DNA of 32,000 nt, from positions 2,100,001-2,132,000 of the forward strand of contig NC_017856.1 in NCBI RefSeq assembly GCF_000260965.1, read 5' to 3'. Below, piece after piece: positions 17,759 through 26,298 of the stretch (the first letter of the stretch is position 1; every line of letters starts with the position of its first letter). The position numbers were made by a program, and so were the translations under genes. Under the pieces are notes generated by a model. The model was not told where the DNA came from. It searched no databases and saw only the letters and a list, made by a program, of their open reading frames with translations. This DNA comes from Methylophaga frappieri. GTDB taxonomy: Bacteria > Pseudomonadota > Gammaproteobacteria > Nitrosococcales > Methylophagaceae.

Positions 17759-18735
17759 GGTTTATGCTCCAGAAACTTGGCTACAGTCAGGCCGGCGAGA
17801 CATAGGAATGCCAGGATGAATAATGGGGTATGGAGAGGACGCCGTGGAATTTGTTCCTCATAAGTTAACGGCATGTTTTCTAATTCGTCCAATTCATCAA
17901 CAGCAGCCTGTAAGGATGCTTCCGTATCAATTTCATAGGCCCGATATTTCACAGGCAGACTGCTAAAAAACTTGTCCAGATAGCGTTCTGGCATAACGCG
18001 GGGATTATCATCTCGAGAAGAGTCCGGTGTTGAATTAATACCCAAGCCATTTTCAGTACGCAGGAAAAACCAGTACAAGCTGGCCTGATAACGCTCGAAC
18101 CATTCGCGTAATACACGTTGGGCACGATGATCCAACGTTGCCGCTCCATCTGAAACCAGCACAATAACCCGTGACCCGGTATGAGGTTGATCTTCAAAAA
18201 AACGTAGTCCCATACCCAGCCCCTTAGCCGCATTTGTAAAAGCGAGCCCAGGGCTTTGTAAACTATCAATAGCAGCCTGGGTAAAGGACTTATGCTCTGT
18301 CAATGGACTGATAAAAAAAGGCTGCGTTGTGAAGCCAACTACGCCAAACAGATCATGGGGCCGTTTATCCACAAACTTGGATAACAGGTTGTGCGCAATC
18401 TCACGTTTGGCTGGAGTCGTTTCGTCGGGGACATTGCCACCAAAGGTTTCGTTCATACTGCCGCTTCGGTCAAGTACAAAGACAATATGTGCGCCATTTC
18501 CAGTACGTAATAGGGTTTGTTCCGTTTGATGTAATCCGGCAAGCCCTAAAACACTACTGATAATAGCAATGACGCCCAGAGTTTGAAGCAACCGGCGCAT
18601 TCGAATTGAACTTTGATGTGCGGGCAGCAGGGGGGCCCAGCTGACCGTTTCTTTACGGAAAAAGCTGCGCATTAATGGCAGTGCAGCTAACAACAACAGC
18701 CCAGCAACCCAAGGATATGCCAGACTTAGATTCAT
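17755..18735 (-). CDS. mxaC: MxaC, vWA-domain MDH maturation protein
   Basis: Two N-terminal TM segments, canonical MIDAS VFVLDRSGSM, later VSDGA, and a C-terminal TM. ATGA overlaps on both sides. Confidence 0.8.
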   Translation of the reverse strand: MNLSLAYPWVAGLLLLAALPLMRSFFRKETVSWAPLLPAHQSSIRMRRLLQTLGVIAIISSVLGLAGLHQTEQTLLRTGNGAHIVFVLDRSGSMNETFGGNVPDETTPAKREIAHNLLSKFVDKRPHDLFGVVGFTTQPFFISPLTEHKSFTQAAIDSLQSPGLAFTNAAKGLGMGLRFFEDQPHTGSRVIVLVSDGAATLDHRAQRVLREWFERYQASLYWFFLRTENGLGINSTPDSSRDDNPRVMPERYLDKFFSSLPVKYRAYEIDTEASLQAAVDELDELENMPLTYEEQIPRRPLHTPLFILAFLCLAGLTVAKFLEHKP

Positions 18736-19667
18736 GCGTGTACAACCAATGGTTCTGCCCGGCTAAGACGCCGTGCAAGTTGTTGCAATTCCTTTAACGT
18801 AGGTTGTTGGTCATTAGCTTGACCAAACATCAACGCATCTGATTGCTCAAAAAAGGTGGTGATTTCATTCTGATAAGTAATAAACTCAGGATGATTCTCA
18901 AAGAAAAAGGGCAAATGGTAGGTAAACACAACCTGTCCGGCAACGGCGTTAAATGCATGATGTATTGCTTCAAAGGCTTTGAGATGCCGCTTTTCATCTT
19001 GCTGATTTTTATCGAGTTTGTTGATTTTTTTTGCAGCCTGTTGAAACGGCGACTGTTTACGCTGCCATAACCAGCCATTGAGAACGACCCAGGCCAAACC
19101 AAGTAGTGTTGCAATAATGGCGAGTGCAATGACACGATTCTGCTTGTCAGCAAGTGGTTGTAAAACGGGTGGCAGAGAGGGTTTCATAAAGGCGGAGCCA
19201 CTGTCTGTTGCGCCCACGCCGCGCGGCACAATTTCTTTCAGTGGTGACATCATGAAATTCCAGTCTGGCAGGCTAAGAATAATTTCTTCGCCGTTACTGT
19301 GATGCGCGCGAATAGTCTGGGCAGGAATAGTTAGCTCACGCACATCCAATGGTGCATAAAAAGTCTGATAAATTAGAACAACCTGAAATAGTGCTCGTGC
19401 CGAATTGCTATCAAGTAACTCAACCTGCACATCCTGTAGTGTCAGCCAATAGCTCAAATCACCTGTCGCAGGCAGAGATGCCTCGGCAATATCGTAATCT
19501 GCCGGGACTTGTAAAATATATTCATGACGAATTAAATCACCAGCCAAAACCCCAAAGTCACGACCTAATGATTGCTTCACAATACCGGTAGGAACTTCTC
19601 CCAGTGCTGGCAGGGTTAACGATAACATTGCCACGCATAATAATGCCTTAATCCAACGCCACTGCAT
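18732..19667 (-). CDS. mxaA: MxaA, MDH calcium-insertion/maturation protein
   Basis: Signal peptide MQWRWIKALLCVAMLSLTLPALG from ATG 19667, 1 nt after the mxaS stop, and an internal TM. The ORF-track start at 19748 would overlap mxaS by 80 nt and lacks signal-peptide character. The assignment is by position between mxaS and mxaC. Confidence 0.72.
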   Translation of the reverse strand: MQWRWIKALLCVAMLSLTLPALGEVPTGIVKQSLGRDFGVLAGDLIRHEYILQVPADYDIAEASLPATGDLSYWLTLQDVQVELLDSNSARALFQVVLIYQTFYAPLDVRELTIPAQTIRAHHSNGEEIILSLPDWNFMMSPLKEIVPRGVGATDSGSAFMKPSLPPVLQPLADKQNRVIALAIIATLLGLAWVVLNGWLWQRKQSPFQQAAKKINKLDKNQQDEKRHLKAFEAIHHAFNAVAGQVVFTYHLPFFFENHPEFITYQNEITTFFEQSDALMFGQANDQQPTLKELQQLARRLSRAEPLVVHA

Positions 19668-19668
19668 T

Positions 19669-20505
19669 TTATTCTCCGAGAAAATATCGATTAAACTGCT
19701 GCACGGAAAAGGGCTCAGCCAGCCAAAGTGGCCGAAACCCATAAGCACTGAACAACGTGTTTAGGAACTGTTTTCTTTGAATAAAGGTTTGCCGTATTAA
19801 ACGTTGCTGGCGCGGCGTATTAAAGAGAAGATGTAACTCCGCTGATTCAGCATCTTGCACCTCAACAAACCGCCACAATGGGTAGTCCGCAGTTTCAGCG
19901 TTCGCCCACACGATAACCGGAACGACATAGTGTGCAGACAATGCAGTTAATACGGATTTAAGCTGGGCGGCCGGCCAATGAAAGTCAGAGACTAAAAAAA
20001 TCAAACTGCGCTGCCAGGGTAGACTGCCCTGAACTTCATTAAATGCGGTTGCCGACTGGACAGTTGGTTGTTCAGATAGCTCAGTTATCAGTTCTGACCA
20101 GTCTGGTTCATAATCGGTTAACTGATGCACTTTTTCTGTTAGTAAGAAGTGATGTGGTTTATCACTTTCGGCGACAATCGACTTACTGATGCAGTCTAAA
20201 GTATTGGCTGTAAATGTGGGCTTATTGCCATTAAGCATTGAGTTTGAACCATCAGCGAGCGTGATGACGTCCAATTCACTGCGTTGTCGAAATGTTTTTA
20301 CGTAAAGCGTTTCAAACGGGTCGACCAGACTGCGCGCCAAATCAACACGAGAAGGATTCGGCTCAGACAGAAAAGAGGCTTTTCGGTAAAACTCACTACC
20401 TGGGCCTTGGCGCCGACTTTTATGTGCGCCATCCATGAGCGCATTAAGCAGAAAGTCGGTCTTATAGGTAAATACCGGCGTTTGCTCGATAGTTACAGCA
20501 TTCAT
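19669..20505 (-). CDS. mxaS: MxaS, DUF58-type partner of the MoxR ATPase
   Basis: 278 aa with DUF58-like features (vWA-like ITLADGSNSM). ATGA overlap with mxaR (20502-20505). Confidence 0.8.
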   Translation of the reverse strand: MNAVTIEQTPVFTYKTDFLLNALMDGAHKSRRQGPGSEFYRKASFLSEPNPSRVDLARSLVDPFETLYVKTFRQRSELDVITLADGSNSMLNGNKPTFTANTLDCISKSIVAESDKPHHFLLTEKVHQLTDYEPDWSELITELSEQPTVQSATAFNEVQGSLPWQRSLIFLVSDFHWPAAQLKSVLTALSAHYVVPVIVWANAETADYPLWRFVEVQDAESAELHLLFNTPRQQRLIRQTFIQRKQFLNTLFSAYGFRPLWLAEPFSVQQFNRYFLGE

Positions 20506-21536
20506 GGACAGGCGACGGCATTCAGTACGGCAGTAATTAATTCATTAATCAGCGTGTCTTGCTGATGCTTGTATACCGGATTCAGGAAAATACGATGCTT
20601 CGCAATCGCTGTGAGCACAACATGAAAATCTTCAGGGATCACATAGTCACGTCCCGATAACCAGGCTTGCGCTCTTGAAGCCTGTGCCAGATAAATCATG
20701 CCCCGGGGACCCATACCGCCTTGTATTAAATTTTTTGTATCTGTGTCAGCAATACTGATACCAAAGTTAGCGGGCGAACGAAGCGCTTCACAAAGCTGGT
20801 AACCATAATGTTGAAGCGCATCACTGGTTTGTACGGATGATTGGATGACAGCGGCAAAATCATTCAACTCTTCATAGGGCAGAACGGCGCGTGTCGTGTT
20901 CGCTACCAGTTTATCCGCATCATAATAGCGGGTATCAAACATCAGCGATTTAAGTTGTTGCTCTGACTCGGGACGGCGAACCAACAGTTCCATCATGAAC
21001 CGGTCCCGGGCTGCAGCGGGTAATTCGAAAGTTTCATCTTTTTCAATACGATTACGGTCAGCAAAGACCTGCAAATGCGGGAAGTAGTAAGGCTTATTAA
21101 AGGCGCTCACACTGCGCTCTGCCATCACCCGAAGTAGCAAAGAATGCATTTGGGGACGTGCACGATTTATTTCATTGAAAAAGAAAATGGATAATTTATC
21201 ACCATGCTTTAAAAGTGGTCCTGGGCTAACTGCAGGCTTGCCATTCTGGTCGATGTGAGTGTAATAGACCAAATCGTGTGGCATTAAGTCGATGGTACCT
21301 TCAATGCGTTCAAAGTCACCACCGATGCATTCTGCTGCGCTGCGGAGAAGCGTGGTTTTACCGACACCAACATCACCCTCAAGTAACACATGACCACGAC
21401 AAAAAACGGCAACAGTCAGTAAGTGAATTACATCATCCTGACCTATGACCGTGCTTTGAATGGTTTCTTTGAAAGCTTGAGCGTGTTTTTGCCAATCAGA
21501 AAGTTGTGTTTCGTGCGAAGGGGTGGTGCGGTTCAT
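20502..21536 (-). CDS. mxaR: MxaR (MoxR-family AAA+ ATPase)
   Basis: Walker A LEGDVGVGKTTL, Walker B-like IFFFNEINRA, MoxR-type length (344 aa). Confidence 0.9.
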   Translation of the reverse strand: MNRTTPSHETQLSDWQKHAQAFKETIQSTVIGQDDVIHLLTVAVFCRGHVLLEGDVGVGKTTLLRSAAECIGGDFERIEGTIDLMPHDLVYYTHIDQNGKPAVSPGPLLKHGDKLSIFFFNEINRARPQMHSLLLRVMAERSVSAFNKPYYFPHLQVFADRNRIEKDETFELPAAARDRFMMELLVRRPESEQQLKSLMFDTRYYDADKLVANTTRAVLPYEELNDFAAVIQSSVQTSDALQHYGYQLCEALRSPANFGISIADTDTKNLIQGGMGPRGMIYLAQASRAQAWLSGRDYVIPEDFHVVLTAIAKHRIFLNPVYKHQQDTLINELITAVLNAVACP

Positions 21537-21562
21537 AAAAGTGGTATCCGAGGGTTGAAAGA

Positions 21563-21586
21563 GAGGCCAGCAGCTTTGCTGGCCTC
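21563..21586 (-). terminator. Strong stem-loop (10-bp perfect stem) between mxaI and mxaR; candidate attenuator/partial terminator
   Basis: On the mRNA strand: GAGGCCAGCA-AAGC-TGCTGGCCTC followed by TCTTTCAA. It starts 10 nt after the mxaI stop and ends 26 nt before the mxaR ATG. Confidence 0.5.
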
Positions 21587-21596
21587 ATTTTTGGGC

Positions 21597-21872
21597 TTAG
21601 TAAGACCACTTACCCGTTTTTTTGAAGTTTTCAACGCGTTTTGCGTTACGTTCTTCCATTGCTTCCATAGAAGTCGTTTGTTTTTCAAGCTCTGTTTTGC
21701 TGTGTTTTGGATCGTATTTAGAGCCTTTGATTTTATCTGGGTAGCCAGGTTTAGCTTCCCAGCAGTTGCCATCACCTTTACAGTTAGTGCCGTCATAAGC
21801 GATAGCAGGTGCACCCAGGCTAAACAGCATGGCTGTTGCGCCAGTTAATGCAAGTGTTTTCAATTTTTGCAT
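21597..21872 (-). CDS. mxaI: Methanol dehydrogenase small (beta) subunit
   Basis: Signal peptide, then YDGTNCKGDGNCWEAKPGYPDKIKGSKYDPKH, the conserved MxaI mature N-terminus. Lys-rich, 91 aa. Strong RBS AAGGAGAG. Confidence 0.93.
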   Translation of the reverse strand: MQKLKTLALTGATAMLFSLGAPAIAYDGTNCKGDGNCWEAKPGYPDKIKGSKYDPKHSKTELEKQTTSMEAMEERNAKRVENFKKTGKWSY

Positions 21873-21968
21873 GGTTCTCTCCTTTAGGTTTTTTTACAAC
21901 ATAATGACTACCGGCCGGCCATAAGCCCAAATGAGATTACTTTAGGCCGGTGATCAATATTCGGTGAA

Positions 21969-22556
21969 CTATTTGTTCCGTTTATTAAATTCTTCCATGG
22001 CTTCCTTGAACTCTTCTGGCATTTCAGCAGGTTCAAATTCAGCACGTTGCTCTTCTGGAATCCACAGTGCATTTTCAGGTTTGCCCCAGTAAGAACTCCG
22101 GATAAATGCCATAACATGAAGCATTTCATCAATGCTCAGGTTGTTACGCTGAGGCCCCATCATCGAACGGGCACCATCGTACATAATTTCAAAAATACCT
22201 TTATCAGTACGACCTTGAGTGTATGTCCAATAATCATCACCCAAGGCTGGGCCAAGCTTACCTTCAAGGTTGTGACCATGACAGCCTGAACAAGCTGTTG
22301 CAAACAGGTCTTCACCCATTTTGATAGCTTCTTCATCACCGTTGTACAGGTTTTCAGCTGTAGATTTAAAATGCTTTACAGCTTCCGTTTCTTCGCCTTT
22401 TTTACCAAAGGAAAAGTCGATTACCTCTCCTGAAATTGCATTACGAAAGGTCACCTGCGCTTCAGCTTGGGTTGGAATGACACCGACTGCTGTTACAACA
22501 CCAATACTCAGTGCTGCGGCCAGCTTATTAAGAGAAAATTTCGAATTATTTTTCAT
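21969..22556 (-). CDS. mxaG: Cytochrome cL (electron acceptor of MDH)
   Basis: Signal peptide, single haem site ACSGCHGHN, about 195 aa. Positioned between mxaJ and mxaI. Confidence 0.9.
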   Translation of the reverse strand: MKNNSKFSLNKLAAALSIGVVTAVGVIPTQAEAQVTFRNAISGEVIDFSFGKKGEETEAVKHFKSTAENLYNGDEEAIKMGEDLFATACSGCHGHNLEGKLGPALGDDYWTYTQGRTDKGIFEIMYDGARSMMGPQRNNLSIDEMLHVMAFIRSSYWGKPENALWIPEEQRAEFEPAEMPEEFKEAMEEFNKRNK

Positions 22557-22594
22557 ATTTTTATACTACCTATCAAATCATTTAGTGAAGGAGC

Positions 22595-23458
22595 CTATAA
22601 CAACGGCACACCTTCTTTTTCAAGCACTGCTGTAATTTGCGGTGCTGCCTCGTTGAGTGCTCGATTTATGGCCTGAAGCAATTGTTCATCATCTGTACGA
22701 ACAGCGACTGATTGTGGGTAATGTTGACGGACACCTTCACCGTCCCCCGTATCAGCAATTTCTTCAGACATCACCATTGTTAGCGGCACATTGGCACTTT
22801 CAACATAACGTGCAACTTCCGGTGCCCACAAATGAGCAATATCGCCTTTATTAGTCTCCAGTTCACCGATGAGGTTTCTTGGATCTAAGCGAATATACTT
22901 ATTACGTGGCGATTTAAATCCATATAATGATTTGCTGTAGTTAAAGTTGCCTTCATACTTGCCAATCTCCCGAAGCATCACTTCTGACGGGCTGCCTGGC
23001 AGCATGACAAATTTGTTCACTTTTTGAAGATCTGGGCTTTCCCAGCTGGTAATGTCCAAATTTTTATCATCACGATAAATAAAGACATAACCTGAGGTGT
23101 AATACGGATCACTTGTTGCGACACGAGGATCATCAGTATCAACACCCATGACGACATCACAGTCATTTTTCAGTAAATGTTCTGTAACCAGAAAGATTGC
23201 CGCCTTATCAGACCAAACAAACTCAACCGGCATATCCATGGTGCGACCGAGAATTTTGGCGATATCGTTCTCAAAGCCTTCTTCTTGAGCATTTGAGTAC
23301 GGTAATTCGTTACTTGCTGCACACACTTTCAATGTATTTGGCAGATCGGTGTCTGCTGCAGATGCTGGCGCGCTCATCAACGCACCTGTTGCGAGCAGCA
23401 TAACTGGACTTTTACGTAAAGTCGGTAGCAGTGTGTTAAACAATTTTTTAATAATCAT
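22595..23458 (-). CDS. mxaJ: MxaJ, periplasmic solute-binding-like MDH accessory protein
   Basis: Signal peptide ...LMSAPASAAD, then LKVCAASNELPYSN, typical of the MoxJ/SBP type-3 family. 287 aa. Lies directly after mxaF. Confidence 0.85.
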   Translation of the reverse strand: MIIKKLFNTLLPTLRKSPVMLLATGALMSAPASAADTDLPNTLKVCAASNELPYSNAQEEGFENDIAKILGRTMDMPVEFVWSDKAAIFLVTEHLLKNDCDVVMGVDTDDPRVATSDPYYTSGYVFIYRDDKNLDITSWESPDLQKVNKFVMLPGSPSEVMLREIGKYEGNFNYSKSLYGFKSPRNKYIRLDPRNLIGELETNKGDIAHLWAPEVARYVESANVPLTMVMSEEIADTGDGEGVRQHYPQSVAVRTDDEQLLQAINRALNEAAPQITAVLEKEGVPLL

Positions 23459-23475
23459 ATTACTCTCTCTGATGT

Positions 23476-23500
23476 GGCTGGCAGCAAGATGCTGCCAGCC
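23476..23500 (-). promoter_or_regulatory. Strong stem-loop (10-bp perfect GC-rich stem) in the mxaF-mxaJ spacer
   Basis: GGCTGGCAGC-5 nt-GCTGCCAGCC. No U tract follows on the mRNA strand. It lies 53 nt after the mxaF stop and about 17 nt before the mxaJ ATG. Confidence 0.45.
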
Positions 23501-23553
23501 AGGTTTAATACAACTATAAGACCATCCAAAAGGATGTTTAGTTGAGCAGATGA

Positions 23554-25443
23554 TTACATTTCGTATTCACCAACGCTCAAGTCTTTAGTGTATGGGCTTT
23601 CGCCATCCAGAGAGAAGACCATGAAGCCACCACCCATTTGGGTTGTACGTGCCAATTCTTTAAAGGCACCTACTGCACCCAGACCGGCAGATGGGTCATT
23701 CAGGTCAAATACCAGACCAACAGCTGGCCAACCACCTACACCATAGTTGATAGCAACATATTGAATGCCATCATGAGTGTAAGTCATAGGGTGACCGATT
23801 GCGCCAGAAGGCAGTTTAAATTTCCACAGCAGGTCGCCGTTGTCCGCATCACGAGCTTTAATGAAGCCGTCAAGCGTACCGTAGAATACTAAACCACCAG
23901 CTGTTGCCATGGTGCCGCCCCAAACAGAGAATTTCTCCATTTTTTCCCAAGCGAAATCGCCAGAGATTGCATTGTAGGCTTTAACCTGACCTGAGCCGAT
24001 ACCGTTTGCACGGTCGCCTTTAGGACCAGGGTAAGACCATACGTTGGCACCCACGAAGAACTGACCTGCACGGTATGGCAACATGAACGGTTCCCAATCC
24101 ATACACAGGTGGTTAATACCCAGGTAGAACAGTTCACGTTCTGGATCGTATGAATCCATACCTTGGTTGTGGAAGCCCATTGCTGAAGGACAGATGTCAC
24201 GTGAACGGTGACCCATTCTGGTGCTGAACTCTGGATCACGGATTGGTAAACCAGTTTCCAGATCCACTTTTTTCACCCAGTTAGCAGTGTCATCCATTTT
24301 GTCTGCAGAAACCAGATCACCAGTTTCACGATCCAATGTATAGACGATACCGTTACGGTCAGGGTGAGTCAGCAATTTACGCATTTTGCCATCTTTGTCT
24401 TCTTGCTCAGACAGCATCATGACGTTAACGCCAGCATAGTCCCATTCATCATGTGGTGTTTTCTGGTAGCCGAATTTAGCCAAACCAGTGTTTACATCAC
24501 GACCCCAGATAGTCATGGTCCATTTGTTGTCGCCAGGACGCATAGTTTCGTTCCATGGTGCTGGGTTACCAGAGCCATAGTAGAACATTTCTAAGTCAGG
24601 ATCATAAGCGTACCAACCCCAGTTAGTACCACCACCGATTTTCCACGCATCATCTTCCCAAGTTTGTGTACCCAGGTTTTTTTGACCGTAGTGTGGGTTT
24701 TCGCTGTTGAAGTTATTGGCCAGACCAATTTCGCTGTCAGGACCAGTTGCATACCAACGCCAAGCCATTTCACCTGTGTGAATGTCAAACGCAGTTACAT
24801 AACCACGAACACCCAGCTCTGCACCTGAAGAACCTTGGATAACCAGGTCTTTAGCTACAAATGGTGCTTGTGTTTGAGTTTGACCAACGCTGATATCACC
24901 GTTTTCAACTTTCCAGTGAACTTCACCAGTTTCTGCGTTCAGTGCAACAACGTGACCATCCAATTGGCTTTTCACGATCATAGCAGGTGTTTTGCTGTCA
25001 CCAGGCCAGTAAGCCAGACCACGGTTAACAACGTCACAACAAGCTACTGCACGAGCAGCTGGATCTTGTTTAGGTTTGTGTTCCCAAACAATTTGACCTG
25101 GATTGTTCAGGTTAATAGCGAAAGTGTTGTTAGGGAATGGTGTGTGGATGTACAGCATATCACCAACTACCAATGGCGCACCTTCGTGGCCGTTCAGCAG
25201 GCCAGTTGAGAACGTCCAGGCCGGAGCCAGATCCGTAACATTCTTTTTGTTGATTTGTTTAGAACTACTGTAGTGGTTAGCAGAATAGTTTTTACCCTGC
25301 ATTACCCAGTTAGCTTCATCTTTTTGAAGTTCTACCAACTTGTCGTTTGCAACAGCGGCAGTTGTGCCGCCGAGGCCAATGACGGAACCAGCGACAAGCG
25401 CTGACCCGACTTTGACGAGCCGGTTCAATGTGTTCTCTCTCAT
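23554..25443 (-). CDS. mxaF: PQQ-dependent methanol dehydrogenase large (alpha) subunit, Ca-type
   Basis: Signal peptide, then [27 protein letters not shown]. Vicinal disulfide [11 protein letters not shown]. Tryptophan-docking propeller repeats. The active-site region [10 protein letters not shown] (D-Y-A, not the D-x-D of lanthanide XoxF) indicates the Ca type. It is followed by mxaJGI. Start set at ATG 25443, preceded by GGAGGAAGT; the ORF-track start at 25533 adds 30 implausible residues. Confidence 0.95.
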   Translation of the reverse strand: MRENTLNRLVKVGSALVAGSVIGLGGTTAAVANDKLVELQKDEANWVMQGKNYSANHYSSSKQINKKNVTDLAPAWTFSTGLLNGHEGAPLVVGDMLYIHTPFPNNTFAINLNNPGQIVWEHKPKQDPAARAVACCDVVNRGLAYWPGDSKTPAMIVKSQLDGHVVALNAETGEVHWKVENGDISVGQTQTQAPFVAKDLVIQGSSGAELGVRGYVTAFDIHTGEMAWRWYATGPDSEIGLANNFNSENPHYGQKNLGTQTWEDDAWKIGGGTNWGWYAYDPDLEMFYYGSGNPAPWNETMRPGDNKWTMTIWGRDVNTGLAKFGYQKTPHDEWDYAGVNVMMLSEQEDKDGKMRKLLTHPDRNGIVYTLDRETGDLVSADKMDDTANWVKKVDLETGLPIRDPEFSTRMGHRSRDICPSAMGFHNQGMDSYDPERELFYLGINHLCMDWEPFMLPYRAGQFFVGANVWSYPGPKGDRANGIGSGQVKAYNAISGDFAWEKMEKFSVWGGTMATAGGLVFYGTLDGFIKARDADNGDLLWKFKLPSGAIGHPMTYTHDGIQYVAINYGVGGWPAVGLVFDLNDPSAGLGAVGAFKELARTTQMGGGFMVFSLDGESPYTKDLSVGEYEM

Positions 25444-25625
25444 ACTTCCTCCTAATTTCAGACGAATGCCAGTCATTGCTGGCGGTGTGTCCCAGTTAAC
25501 GAAAATACGTAAACTGTGCACGTCGGTAATCATCAGCCTTTCGGTAAAGGAGGCGTTAGAGCCGGCAACCCTCGAAGGGTTAGGGAGTATGTCACATTTA
25601 AAGCAGGGATTATGGCTCGGGAAAA

Positions 25626-26282
25626 TTATCCTTCATGTGGGGGATGAATCACACCAATCTTTTGCGCCAGAAAAATAATATCTGCCAGCTTTGTTGTGCC
25701 CAGCTTACGCATCATGTTTGTTTTGTAATTTGAGATGGTTTTTGGGGCTAAAGTTAAATTGGCAGCCATCTCTTCGATGCTTTGACCTTCAGCTGTCATT
25801 CTAAATACAGCAAACTCTTGATGTGAGAGTGAATTTATCTTGTTATCACTATTTATGAGTTTTTCAATGGCGATTGAGCGAGCGACACCAGCGCCAAGAT
25901 AGTGTTGTTTAGCTGCGACTTGCTTAACTGCCTCGATTAACACTTCGGTTGAGCTGGATTTCGTAATATAACCACGGGCGCCTAACTCTAAAGCCCGCAT
26001 TGCGAGTGAGGTTTCTTCGTGCATACTACAGACAAGAATATTTGCTTGGCTATCTCTTGCACATATGCGTCGTATACATTCCAGTCCGCCTGAACCAGGC
26101 ATAGTCAAATCAACAATACAAACAGTTGGTTTTTTTGTAATAAAAGCTTGATAACCTTCTTCGGCATTAGCTGCTTGCCCCGCAATGGTAAAGCCAGCCG
26201 CTTCTAATAATTGGGAGTATCCTTCTCGTAAGATGGTGTGATCATCAATCAGCAGTACTGAAATTGATTGTTGCGCATGCAT
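25626..26282 (-). CDS. Response regulator, REC plus LuxR/FixJ-type HTH (NarL class)
   Basis: Motifs ISVLLIDDH, phospho-acceptor context [10 protein letters not shown]-terminal [52 protein letters not shown]. Starts 16 nt after the kinase stop. Confidence 0.88.
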   Translation of the reverse strand: MHAQQSISVLLIDDHTILREGYSQLLEAAGFTIAGQAANAEEGYQAFITKKPTVCIVDLTMPGSGGLECIRRICARDSQANILVCSMHEETSLAMRALELGARGYITKSSSTEVLIEAVKQVAAKQHYLGAGVARSIAIEKLINSDNKINSLSHQEFAVFRMTAEGQSIEEMAANLTLAPKTISNYKTNMMRKLGTTKLADIIFLAQKIGVIHPPHEG

Positions 26283-26298
26283 AACTTTGTCCTCACTT

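Noticed and set aside
16188-21536. MoxR ATPase, DUF58, vWA, TPR, vWA gene series as a Bat-like aerotolerance operon or a novel MoxR-vWA system
   Set aside because: It lies directly downstream of mxaFJGI in the canonical order. It is therefore the known mxaRSACKL maturation set, not a new system.
21423-21848. 141-aa plus-strand ORF and 93-aa minus-strand ORF (21533-21814) overlapping mxaI and the mxaR start
   Set aside because: Both overlap the strongly supported mxaI (conserved YDGTNCK...KYDPKH) in other frames or on the other strand. Their sequences are low-complexity, so they are spurious.
23638-25209. Track ORFs antisense to or out of frame with mxaF (23638-23892, 23889-24239, 24364-24594, 24591-24788, 24835-25209)
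   Set aside because: They are shadow ORFs created by the strong codon bias of a highly expressed gene. mxaF fully explains the region.
23554-25443. Possibility that the PQQ dehydrogenase is a lanthanide-dependent XoxF
   Set aside because: The active-site region reads WDYAG (Ala, not Asp, two residues after the catalytic Asp). The gene is followed by mxaJ, cytochrome cL and the small subunit mxaI, which XoxF loci lack.
25444-25533. ORF-track N-terminal extension of mxaF ([30 protein letters not shown])
   Set aside because: The extension has no signal-peptide character. ATG 25443 is preceded by GGAGGAAGT and gives a normal signal peptide followed by the conserved mature N-terminus NDKLVEL. 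The extension is treated as 5' UTR.
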